DNA of 64,000 nt from Priapulus caudatus (Eukaryota): the NCBI RefSeq assembly GCF_000485595.1, contig NW_014577075.1, positions 99,021-163,020 on the forward strand, in the 5' to 3' direction. Of this stretch, positions 14,086 to 24,681 are shown piece after piece (within the stretch, counting starts at the first letter, position 1; the number at the start of each line of letters is the position of its first letter). The translations under genes were made by a program, and so were the position numbers. Below the pieces are notes generated by a model. The model had not been told where the DNA came from. It did no database searches and saw only the letters and a list, made by a program, of their open reading frames with translations.

Positions 14086-16088
14086 TCGCTCTCTCTCTCC
14101 TCTGTCATTGCCATCAACCAATAAACATAACAAGCCACTCCAACTCCTGTAGTGAGCTCATTATTAACAGGAGTACATGAATAGATTCATCTCTAGTCAG
14201 GTTGCTATTTTTAGCCAACACCTATTGTGATTAGACAAAATCTATTATTAATCCCTAATAACTAACCCCCATGATGACTCACACATCATTCTGACGACTT
14301 CGAGCTCCTCCTCCAACATCAGGCATCCCCGCATGAAGGCCTGGCCAAGAGATGACAGCTCGGAGATGCTTAGTTCGATCAGCAGCCCATAGGGGTCGCC
14401 ACCCTGCCACGCGAGCGGCGCGGCACTGTCACTTAACTGCCAACAGGTAGAAAACGTCGGTGCAAGAAACATGCATAATTAGCATAAAGGTATTAAAAAT
14501 ATATTCACTGCTATATATAACAATCATATCTATATACACCTGCTGCTACATATATATTTGAACTACATGTAGACTTACCTACATGTACACATATATACAT
14601 ACAAATATATATATATAAATATATATGNNNNNNNNNNCGCCCCCTACGTCGCGCAACGCAAACTCCCCGTCATCCGCCGGTTCCCCCTGGTGGCCCGTCG
14701 GTTCGTCGGACGCCGGCGGCAGAGGCGGCTCCAGCTTGCGCGAGATGAGCGTCGCGAGGTTCGTCTCGGAGATGCCACGAGAGGGCGCCGCCGTCACGAG
14801 GCTCGCGCGGCTGCTCGGCGCAGAGCTGAGTTGGAAGCGCGGCGTGCCGTCGCCCCGATCCGAGTCCGAGTCCGTGTGGCGCCCCCAGGCGATGGCAAAG
14901 TCCAGCTCCGAGTCGACAAAGTACATAGACGAGTTCGGCGCGCAGTAGCGCGAACTATCGGTGCCCTGGTGCATCGTCTCCGAGTCGTGCGCGGACACGG
15001 GCCGCGAGGGGGCGCCGCCGTTCACCTCGTCGCCGCTCGTGCGACGCCGGAAGTCGGCGAGGATCTGCGAGACCTTGCGCGCGACCGACGCGACCCTCGG
15101 GAGGCTCCAGGGGTCGGGGGTCGCTGGATCCGCGGCGCGGGGCGACCTCGCGCCGGCAGTGGAGCGGCGGCCGTGACGCGGATGCGGGGCGAGTGACGCT
15201 GAGTCCCTCGCCGCGGCGGACTTTCTGGGCAACGTAGGTGGCGCTGTGATACAGAGCGAGAAGCGGGATGAGTTGCAGGGAGGAGGGTATGGGTGGGTGG
15301 GGGGAATCTCATATCGCTTCACACGGCCTTTAAAACGGCGTGTTCTCGCAGCAATAAGAACATTTCGTGATGTTTGCATGATACTGCAAGTATACTCACA
15401 GTAGGTGTATGTAGGCTTTTTGTTGCGAGGTTTATCCATTATGCCACGTTATCATATGTGACCCGAGAACTTCTAGCTGTTACGTTTCAATTCGCTCTGT
15501 CCATGTGGCCCCCGATTGCGAACAATTCGTAGCCAGCCTGATTATACGTACGTGCGTATACAATATACACACCCAGGAATCACATGTGAACGAACAATGT
15601 GCAGTTTTCTCACCAGAGGGCGGCGCCATCGTCGTCTCGGCAGTGCGGCGGCAGAGGTGCAGACGACGACTCGCTGGCGCAGAGCAGAGCTGGGAGTCGT
15701 GAAGCAGCTGCTGAGGTTGACCCGTGAACGATACAGCTGTCAGGAGATGAAGGTAGACACGTACATATACACATATCTCCCTCCTCACTGCTGAGGTGGA
15801 CCCGTGAACGATACAGCTGTCAGAAGATGAAGGTAGACACGTACACATACAGATATCTCCCTCCCCACTGCTGGGGTGGACCCATAAACGATACAGCTGT
15901 CAGGAGATAAAGGTAGACACGTACATATACAGATATCTCCCTCCCCACTGCTGGGGTGGACCAGTGAACGATAGAGCAGTCGGGACTCGCAAGGAAAGCC
16001 GATAACAAGAAACACGTGCTTCTCACTGTCTCTCTCTCTCTCTCTCTCTCTGTCTCTGTCTCTGTCTCTGTCTCTGTCTCTGTCTCTG

Positions 16089-16124
<36 letters not shown>

Positions 16125-18747
16125 TCGCTCTCTCTCTCCTCTGTCATTGCCATCAACCAATAAACATAACAAGCCACTCCAACTCCTGTAGTGTGCTCAT
16201 TATTAACAGAAGTACATGAATAGATTCATCTCTAGTCAGGTTGCTATTTTTAGCCAACACCTATTGTGATTAGACAAAATCTATTATTAATCCCTAATAA
16301 CTAACCCCCATGATGACTCACACATCATTCTGACGACTTCGAGCTCCTCCTCCAACATCAGGCATCCCCGCATGAAGGCCTGGCCAAGAGATGACAGCTC
16401 GGAGATGCTTAGTTCGATCAGCAGCCCATAGGGGTCGCCACCCTGCCACGCGAGCGGCGCGGCACTGTCACTTAACTGCCAACAGGTAGAAAACGTCGGT
16501 GCAAGAAACATGCATAATTAGCATAAAGGTATTCAATATATTCACTGCTATATAACAATCATATCTATATACACCTGCTGCTACATATATATACGTTTAC
16601 ATTTGAACTACATGTAGACTTACCTACATGTACACATATATATATATACATATACATACAAATATATATATATAAATGGCAATATATATATAAATATATA
16701 AATATGTCTGGCAAAAATGTTAATGGCTAACCATATATATATAAATGCATGTACACACACACATGTTATTACTTGTTTATGTAACCATGCAACAGAATGT
16801 GTGCACGATTAATTATTTGTACCTATTGCCATATCCACCTGTACATGTACATTATTTACATATATACATATTGTTACACACATACATACACATTATATAT
16901 TCATATACATATATACATTATCACATATATATACACACTCAAACCTGTATTACTGTACAATTCATCAGGGACACCAGGGCAAGTAAGGAGGGCAACTATA
17001 GCATGTGCCCATCGGTGCCATGGTGAAATTCGACCCCTCTCCCCCAGCCCTCACCTTCAACATCTTGCCCTGCTTCGTTCCCACACTGGCTGTCACTCTA
17101 TCTGCCACCAGGGGGCGCTGGCGAGCCTCCACAAGTACGAGCGTCTTGTGTCGCGACACGGGAACTCTGACGGGTAGATCACGATCCAAAAACAGCGTCC
17201 ACGTGTCGATGTTAACTTGTTGCTAAGACAAAAAAGACACGTTTAAAGGGAATGTCAACTTTGCAATTTAACTATTGATTTTATCTAGGTTTTAATTTTA
17301 TATTACAGATTCTATCCATATTCTACTTCGAATATTAATTTTATATAAAATTATCTAGCTTTCCTCGACATTGGTTATTAATTTCATATTAAATAATCTA
17401 GCAATTTTTTACCTCGGGTGTGAGGAGCAGCACCGACCTCGATCCCTGTCTCACCAATGTTTGCTCGGATGCACGGCCATCAACGTCTGCTCCAAGGAAC
17501 GAGGATCGACTGACCGCCTGCTGCAGGGTCTGACTCCTGTAATGCAGACACATGCTAGAGCTAGGATGGGTTTTATATTATGATGCACTCTATGATCGGT
17601 TTTTACCCGCTGTAGTTTTAATGTTAAACTACTTAATGTGTAGGGTACCGTAAGATTTTAAATACTCCAGACACGGTGAATAATCGCTCATTTACTAAAA
17701 ATAAAAATAAAAACTCTTCTAAACAATTTCCCTAACCATAAACCGAACTTATTCCAAGCCTTACTGTAACACTAACCCTAACCCTAACCTAATTCTAACC
17801 TAACCCTAACACCAACCACATCCTTACCCCTAACTTTAAAACTGCATTTCCTCGAAAAATTGTCATAAATGTTCGTGGACACACTACCAGTTGTTGATTG
17901 CCACATAAAAATGTTTCAAAAACGCCACGTTTAGCACAAAGAAGCCTTGTGAAGGGATGAATGTACAAATGTTGTGTCATCATTACTCCATGTAAAATCG
18001 TGGGACACTTTTGCCGATGTCAACAACGAATCACAAGGTTCAAACAAGGAAGCTTTTGTGTTGGATCCATCTGTTCAAAAAAAATTTACGCACGAAGTGC
18101 TTGCATAGAACAATGCTTTGCGTATATACATTGTGGATTTTAGGAGAAAGCAGCTGTAAGTACTAGAGCACTCGGAGAGCACAGACCTCCGCCAAGGCAG
18201 CTGAATTCTCTCAATGTGAAATTTTTTATTAATTAATTACATAATTAAGTGGAAAAATTAATTGATTGATTAATTAATTAAATAATTAATTGGATCCGAA
18301 TTAGTGCGAGCGTGCAGGTGGGGGAGGACTGTGGTTGCCCCTTAGCCTGTGGTTGCGTGTTTGTAAGTCTACAGCCAGCGCACCTAGCGGAAGTGAACTG
18401 AAACGTGCATGGTAACACACAAACCCACAAACCAACACTCAAAGACACGCCGGTGAAAACATAACCTCCGCCAAGCCCCTGGCGGAGGTAACAAGAAATA
18501 TTCAGCGTGAAAGGTGTGTCGACATTTATACACTACCCTAAAGCTTCAACAGTGTATCTCTATTTGACAATAGCACAAAATAATGAATTTAAAACATAAA
18601 ATGGAAATAGAGTTGCAACGCTGACCTGAATACGACGCTGCCTCTTGCCAGGTGGCGCTGCACGAGCTGCAGCCACGCCATGTCGTCGCGTAGCTCGCGG
18701 CGACGTATCGCCCAGCCGAGATACAGGTAGCAGATGGTGATGAACAT
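4701..18747 (-). CDS. HLCS: Holocarboxylase synthetase / biotin--protein ligase (multi-exon gene span)
   Basis: Phase-consistent GT-AG exons at 18626-18747, 17413-17536, 17055-17222, 16322-16475 (duplicate 14283-14436), 11028-13108, 9573-9752, 8503-8885, 7236-7464, [KWPND exon not visible], 6302-6517 (on + strand, inverted block) and 4701-4875. Motifs: N-terminal MFITICYLYL, BPL_N-like PNVLVYTG...YAIY, catalytic QQTAGRGRSGNAWISPRGCAMFS, C-terminal GLDEYGYLVV...QPDGNSFDML. Confidence 0.95.
4929..5575 (+). repeat. (GA)n microsatellite, noisy, running into an assembly gap
   Basis: Directly visible. Confidence 0.95.
6302..6517 (+). CDS. HLCS: HLCS penultimate exon, on the opposite strand and with indels
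   Basis: TTCAG|GC TGT...VSNSSPTCCINDLIRQHN...EQV(I)ARSFTQLERL...KQLYY.RWLH-AG|GTACGT, read across frameshifts. Its phase-2 end joins the last exon to give WLHSG. Confidence 0.85.
6792..7144 (+). repeat. ~136-bp tandem repeat derived from the HLCS last intron/exon boundary
   Basis: About 2.6 units containing AAACCATCTCACACACACTTTCTCTCTCTTGTCACATCATTACAG-TGGTGTCACCGTGACGTTAGCTGACCAC, which is the reverse complement of 4848-4920. Confidence 0.85.
7236..7464 (-). CDS. HLCS: HLCS catalytic-domain exon (biotin-binding GRGR loop)
   Basis: GVVAIARQQTAGRGRSGNAWISPRGCAMFS...LQHLMALAIVEAVRSEPGYE; CACAG acceptor, GAG|GTAAGC donor. Confidence 0.95.
7511..7643. mobile_element. Short inverted-repeat element (MITE-like)
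   Basis: AATTCACTA..TCAGGAGTGTATAAT ... ATTATACACTCCTGA..TAGTGAATT arms. Confidence 0.55.
8503..8885 (-). CDS. HLCS: HLCS coding exon 7
   Basis: ...FDEVAYFKSLDTEVLGQAVMFCEVVPTTMTLFD; ATCAG acceptor, AG|GTAGGT donor. Confidence 0.88.
9573..9752 (-). CDS. HLCS: HLCS coding exon 6
   Basis: VRLDMEP...LKQANSARIDTVRHLLERMGMDC...PCLTPAYL; TATAG acceptor, GAG|GTGTGC donor. Confidence 0.88.
10031..10578. mobile_element. Non-autonomous DNA transposon (MITE) with subterminal TTCAAGGACTTTTCAAG repeats
   Basis: CATGGTT...AACCATG termini, TATTA on both flanks, reiterated CAAG(G/C)ACTTTTC motifs at both ends. Confidence 0.75.
11028..13108 (-). CDS. HLCS: HLCS large exon 5 (2081 bp): low-complexity region followed by BPL_N-like domain
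   Basis: Part of ORF 10977..13304. ATCACAG acceptor (phase 1) and CAG|GTAACC donor. Encodes APNVLVYTG...LNPDSYAIYRL...PW...LLLV...YFATGGRLL...GGCAMLSQ. Confidence 0.88.
13585..13835. repeat. ~80-bp minisatellite x3 (repeated at 15720-15970)
   Basis: Units CCGTGAACGATACAGCTGTCAGGAGATGAAGGTAGACACGTACATATAC...GGTGGAC. Confidence 0.85.
14283..14436 (-). CDS. HLCS: HLCS coding exon 4 (copy A, identical duplicate)
   Basis: Same translation and splice sites as 16322-16475; lies in the duplicated block. Confidence 0.7.
16322..16475 (-). CDS. HLCS: HLCS coding exon 4 (copy B)
   Basis: GGCAG acceptor, T|GTGAGT donor, frame LSDSAAPLAWQGGDPYGLLIELS...EVVRMM, phase 0->1. Confidence 0.75.
17055..17222 (-). 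CDS. HLCS: HLCS coding exon 3
   Basis: TCTTAG acceptor, AAG|GTGAGG donor, frame QQVNIDTWTLFLDRDLPV...GKMLK, phase 0->0. Confidence 0.75.
17413..17536 (-). CDS. HLCS: HLCS coding exon 2
   Basis: TTACAG acceptor, GAG|GTAAAA donor, open frame SQTLQQAVSRSSFL...SVLLLTPE, phase 2->0. Confidence 0.75.
18162..18491 (-). mobile_element. Helentron-associated interspersed element (HINE / DINE-1-like)
   Basis: Minus strand reads TTACCTCCGCC...GGCGGAGGTTATGTTTTCACC, then a short GT-rich tract, a 3' sub-TIR TTGGCGGAGGT and a terminal GTGCTCTCCGAGTGCTCTAGT stem-loop. This is the HINE architecture. Confidence 0.7.
18626..18747 (-). CDS. HLCS: HLCS first coding exon (MFITICYLYLGWAIRRRELRDDMAWLQLVQRHLARGSVVF)
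   Basis: ATG at 18747 and donor AG|GTCAG. Resembles the MLITLCYLYL start of the long vertebrate HLCS isoform (from memory). Its phase-2 end matches the next exon. Confidence 0.8.
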
Positions 18748-19599
18748 AGCGCTGCAGCCGCCAAGGTCACTGGGTCATCCAGGGTCACGACCTTGCTGTC
18801 ATCTGCAAGTGGAGACAGAAGGGTCAAAAGAAGGGGTCTCTCTTCCACTGCGGCGATGCTGGAAAACAAGTACGGTCGGGTGTCTGCATGCATGCATTGT
18901 ACTGCATTAGAAGAGAGAATTAGAAAGGAGAATTAAAATATGCTCCAAATAATATTCACCATGAATAGTTTGATACCTCAATTCGCTGCCAATAATAAAT
19001 ACACCAGCAATAGAGGCCACGACACATGCACACACCCAGCCAGATTTCAAAGAAAGTGCCGCTGAACACAGTACGTAGGTTATGGAATCTTGGCGCTAGC
19101 AGAAATCACGTTGGCGATATTTACCTACCACCTCGGACAAATGGCAAAGTGAAACAAAATCAAATGTGAAAAATAACGCCGAAAAATTGGCAGAGAAAAT
19201 ACCAAAGAGAGAAAACCTCGAGACACAAGACAAGAGGTTGCGTAAACATCATGGCGACTGCAAGTGGAGGTAAAACATTAACCACATATCTGATTAGCGA
19301 CGATATATGTCAAAGATAAGTAAATGTCAGATAAAAGTTACTCAAATCAGACAAGTAAACCTAGTGCTAATGAGGCCAGTGTCACCACTCACCAGGAGTA
19401 TGCAGGGCTATCAAACCTGGACTTTCAACTTCCCAGCTATTTGCTGGCACTGTTCTGGCTATCAGAACAGAAAACGCCTGCCTGATCAGCCAGATATTGG
19501 CAACAAACTTAACAGTATATTATTGATTCTAACCGAACTCAAAAGGAGAATTGGGAATCTAGACTCTACAGGCATATATTTCTACACAGCCTGAACACA

Positions 19600-20620
19600 T
19601 CGAGAAACAAATTGACGTAAAACTCAAGGAGGTCTGTCGTCGTAGAGGAGGAGATGGAACGAGAATGTAGGAAGCTGCATTTAATCATACAAGGTCTGTA
19701 CGAGGAGGAAGATGCGCAGAAGGTAGACCAGGTACAAGAGGTCAGGTCTGCAATGAAACCAGACAAAACAGCCACAGCCACCAAACATAACGAGACTTGA
19801 GGAGAAGACACGAAGAAGGATCTGACCTGTTTGAATAACAGTCAACTTGACGCCGGTTAAAAGAAAAATATGGAAAACAGTAAACTAATGAAACATAGTA
19901 AAGCGTTCAGAAAGATGCATATGTACCACGAACACACACTAAACGAGAGGGGAGCAAACGACAAACTATTAGTGGAGCATGAACAAGAACAATTACCTGA
20001 GAACAAGACGTGAGTCCGGTGAACAGAACACATATTTCTAAGGAACAGATAACTAGAAGGAAGCTCAGCTTCTCCAGGCAGTACAAGCAAGGCCACAAGA
20101 CGTCGGAAACATGGAACAAATGCTATAAATACCTTAGCAAATGATACAAATGCTTTAAAAGGTGATGGGATTTTTACCATTTTCCCAAGGTTGTGTTGGT
20201 TTTGTTTTTGTACACGAATGCTGAGCAGTTGCCCAAAAGAAAACTTTCTGAGCTTTCAATCGGAGCAGAAACAGATAAACCAATGATTACAGGTGTAACA
20301 GAGGGGAAGACAAAAACTACATATGAAGCCCAGCATTCAGTTCTAATCAGATGCAAAAGGGAAGTTTTAACATATTTCCAACCAACCTGGAAAATGATAC
20401 TGGAAGAAGAGTACTCCTATATGTGGGAAAGACTACCCCTGCAGTTGAGGTAAAACTGGCAACAGACTTCGAGGAGTGCTTGTTTGTAAAGGTGCGACTA
20501 AATAAGTATGACAATATGTTGTTATGGGTTAATAAAAATAATATATAGATCTACCAAAGGAACAGACCACAGACAAGAATAACAATCTCTTGCAGGACCT
20601 AATAAGTAAGAGAATTGACT
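19600..20620 (+). mobile_element. Decayed LINE fragment (end of ORF1 and start of AP endonuclease; CR1/L2-like)
   Basis: Frameshifted remnants LIIQGLYEEE, FLYTNAEQLPKRKLSEL...PMITGVTE, GRRVLLYV, FEECLFVKV and IYRS, resembling APE motifs. Confidence 0.6.
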
Positions 20621-22476
20621 GCTGAGCACTATACCTGCACACACTAACAATATTTCAAAGAATGTGCTGGTGGCCACTATACGCACACACACTAGTAGTA
20701 GTAGTAGTATGATGCTGGTGTAAACAGTTAACACATGTCACTAAAAGTTCACAAGCAGCACTGCTAAAAATAAACTACCATGCTACGCCCCCTGCCCCCT
20801 GCTTCTTCCCCACCTCTCACACAGCAACCTTCATGTTATCTATACTAGGTCATACTATACTATACTAGGTCATACTAGGCTATACTACCATACTATACTA
20901 GGTCATACTATTCATACTAGGTCAGAATACCAATGACGTTACAAAATAGGCTGGCAGCTCAACTTTTGCAGCATTATGAAAGAATTTGTAGGAAGGAAAG
21001 AATCAAGACACCCATAACACATCAACTGACTGCAGCCAGATAAACCAATTGAAGATGTACCCGAGCCACTCTGCTTTCTAAAAATTTGACCAAGTCAAAT
21101 AAATGTTTTGAAAGAAAGATATTCATTGTCTAAATTTTTTTTAAATAACAATGCTAATTTTATTGCAAACAAATTTTCTTGTAACTGAAATTGAAGATGT
21201 AACAGTGTTATATGACTTTTAATCATTTATTGGCGGCTCGACTGTGCCTTTTGTAGATGACTGTGTCGAAGTGAAGCGCTACATAGTTAGCTAGATTGAG
21301 CCTAGGTTAGCTAGGTTGAGCCTAGCTCCAAGAAACGGTATTGCTAGGGTTAGAATACCGTTTCAAATTCTTGCCCATAAAAACGTGTAGTTGGCTCGGT
21401 ATCCAAACATCGACACAGCTAGCGTCACATGTAATAGCTCAAACGAATCTATAAACCTCTGGCTTGTATGCGGTAACTCAATATAACATGTGCAAAACAG
21501 ATGTTACACTACTTATTTATCGAGTTATGCCGTATTTTCTGAGATGAATTGGATCAAAACAACCAGACAGCCGCCATGTCCGCCATGTTCAGTGCGACTA
21601 AAATCGGCAATGGACCTGATTTTCACAGTGCGCAGGCCCAAACACAAGGCAATTTAGGCAAGTACATATCTTCGCAATGATAATTATAAAGTTGTTGTAG
21701 ATTGATGTTTCCTGGTTTTCAATGTTTTAATATTTATATATATACGAGTATATGATGCTTATTTATGCTCGCGCCAACGCGAGTTGCAACGCTATGGTAT
21801 GTTATGTCGTTTCGGGTTTTCCGCGTTCCGATCGAACAAGCATACACAGTGGAAACATGGTAGTTGGCGGTTGGTTGAAATTTAGGTTCGGCTCTTGAAA
21901 TTTACACTGTGCACAGCAAACTGATGTATTAGTTTTAATAACAATGCCTGAATACTATAAGGTGAAAGTTATACTTAATACAAAACAAGGCAGAAATGTT
22001 TAGATGATTATTTTATTTGAGATATAAGTAATTGTTCGGCAGTTTTTGTAGAGGTACAAAATTTTCCAATGGATGGATGTCAGGCTGTATATTGACGTTA
22101 GTCACACATCCTGGTCGGGTTAGGTTGAGCCTAGTTCAAAAAATGTAACTCAACAAATCAGGATATGACAAAGTAGGATATGACAAGTATACACTGTTGG
22201 ATTACATTACTTACTGTATCTAGGTCGAGCCCTGCTTCAATAAACAGTCATATATAGTGAACGACCAGCGTATTGACGTTACTCGTTAGTCTCGCAAGCC
22301 TGGTCAAGTTAGGTTGAGCCTCACCTTACCAGGCTCTACTTATGACTGTATAGTGTATAACGTCGTTTCATTTCCTTCCACGCAGCGATAAGCGATAAGT
22401 TTACTTGTGGCTAGGTTGAGCGCCATGCTGCAGACTCCTAATCCACGATACGACAACTGGTAACATACACTGATAC

Positions 22477-22677
22477 CACAGGCACTTGAACTTGCAGCGT
22501 TTCAATAAAATATATATGCAGGGGTCGTGTGCTGTGCACGGCGACAGTTAAATATATAGCTAACGCTAACGCTAGTTATATATATATAGTTATATATGGC
22601 TATATATTTAACTGTCGCCGTGCACAGCACACGATCACCGCGTATATATTTTATTGAAACGCTTCAAGTGCCTGTGA
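22477..22677. repeat. Inverted repeat (~80-bp arms) around an AT-rich spacer
   Basis: CACAGGCACTTGAA...TCGTGTGCTGTGCACGGCGACAGTTAAATATATAGC / GCTATATATTTAACTGTCGCCGTGCACAGCACACGA...TTCAAGTGCCTGTG. Confidence 0.85.
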
Positions 22678-23994
22678 CTGATACAAGGGCCCATTCCTAT
22701 TTGACAACCCCAGGTTTAAAAACCCTAACCCTAACCCTAACCAAACTCACGACATGGGTGTGTAAACGCTACTTGTACCGATACATCATACAGAAACACG
22801 GAGACGAGACGTGCAGAGAAATCAAAAGTTTGGCCTCGTTGAGGAAACGCGTCGTCAGTTCTACAACATCCACACGTATTACTAGCACACTACAACGTGC
22901 CAATTAACCCAGATATCGCCAACTAGGACTTGTTGAAGTTGTTCAACGGCAAGAAGTAAGTGCACCATTCATTGATTCAAGACATTCAAGAGTAAACAGA
23001 ACCTTGAATCCTTGAACTGAGCTCCTGAACAGAACAGCTGGAAAATTACGAAGACTTTTCCAGTCGTTTTACCAACGATTTAAAGAACTCACGATCGTAG
23101 CAGAAAGCAACCGACACTCTCACAGTGATCTTCTCAACTACCAAAGTGTTATACCGTCTTCTAAACTGCTGAATACATGATAAGTGCTATTATTTCACAC
23201 ACGAGTTCACAACAAACGCACACAACAGTATCGTCAACACAGTTCATTCGCTTGCACTAAAGCTGGCCATTTATTCAATATTCGTCATAGAAATGTATAT
23301 TAATTATTAAAAAAAGATAAATAAAAATAGTTCAATACTGTACATACAAAAAGTAATAATTTAATCCAAAACAGTTATTTTTATTACGAGCTTGGTTTAA
23401 AAAAAACAAAATATTTGGAAAAAACAAAATCTTCATCAGCTGTGAAATTATAACCATTTTATCCAATCAGAAGCCTTGTTACATATAATTCACCGCAGGT
23501 TGTCACATATTATCCAACCAAAAATCTTTTTGCGTACAAGTTATCTGCTAATAAGTTGTAGTTTACTAGTTATAGCATAGATATATCATATAGAATACAG
23601 ATTATATATGATCTGTGCTGTCATGTATAGCAAAGTGCATAGGAAATGGGGTCGGGGGAGTTGTTAGACATGTTTCCTAGCATTGAAATATGCTCTGCCG
23701 ATCTTATACGATTAAAAAAGATCGGCTGGCGAGAAAAAGGTGTGCAGAGCAAATTCTCATATCAGCATTTCAAGTAAGCGGAAACACTGCCATTCGCCTG
23801 CCCCTAATCTGATGTTTAGGAAAGGAACAAGACACACGTTACCTTCTCGCTTCTCACTACGTGGAAGAATAAGACGTGAAACAGCCGTCACGTGGGGCCT
23901 GGCCGGGCTAGGGGATTTATATCTGTTTTGCTCAGTTTCGATGTTTTCTCGTACCGCTCTGTTCGGTAGTTATAGGTACCCAAAGATATTGAAA

Positions 23995-24086
23995 ATGGCT
24001 GCGCCCGATGGAAACGGCACGAGTTTACTGTCTGCGTTATACACTCGGGTCATTGCCAATACTGAGAACCCTGAAAACTATTTAAG
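23995..24086 (+). CDS. MPHOSPH10: MPP10 exon 1
   Basis: AAAATGGCT start, MAAPDGNG...TENPENYL, donor AG|GTAATG. Confidence 0.85.
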
Positions 24087-24606
24087 GTAATGTTGTTGGT
24101 GAGGTGACTAGGTTTATTTACATATAAGTAAATATTACATAATCAGGTTGCTAAGAACGTCGCTTTGATAATAGTAACGCACGTCGGATCAAGGATATAG
24201 TTTGGTACCCCGCAAATCTGTTTTCGCATTTGTCCTAAACTAAGTCGGGGTGCTAAATTAGGCTTGGGCCGGTCTTAGACTAGATGTAGTAGTAGTAAGA
24301 TGAAGTGTAGTGTGTGTGTGACACTTTACAGGCTATATTAGGTCCGATCTTGGACCACAACCACTTTCAAGAGCCGTTCGTTTCTATAATAAAATGATCG
24401 CAGTGGCTACGCGTCTGGAACCGGCCGCGTAGCCTCCAGGCTACGAATCCGGACAACCACTCGCACACAACGACTCGCGTACACGCATGATTGCGCAACG
24501 GGACGCTCTGCTGATTACAGAGAATATACAATATATGCATTGCTGCCGTCTATCCTTTCATCCGTCCTCTCTCGCTCTCTCTCACGCATACACACACATA
24601 CACATT

Positions 24607-24681
<75 letters not shown>

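Larger units (their letters stand above)
12482..16670. repeat. ~2.1-kb direct duplication (12482-14627 vs 14638-~16670) across a 10-N gap
   Basis: Near-identical copies, with paired ORFs in the track. They differ by a 21-bp coding indel, microsatellite length and a few SNPs. Confidence 0.92.
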
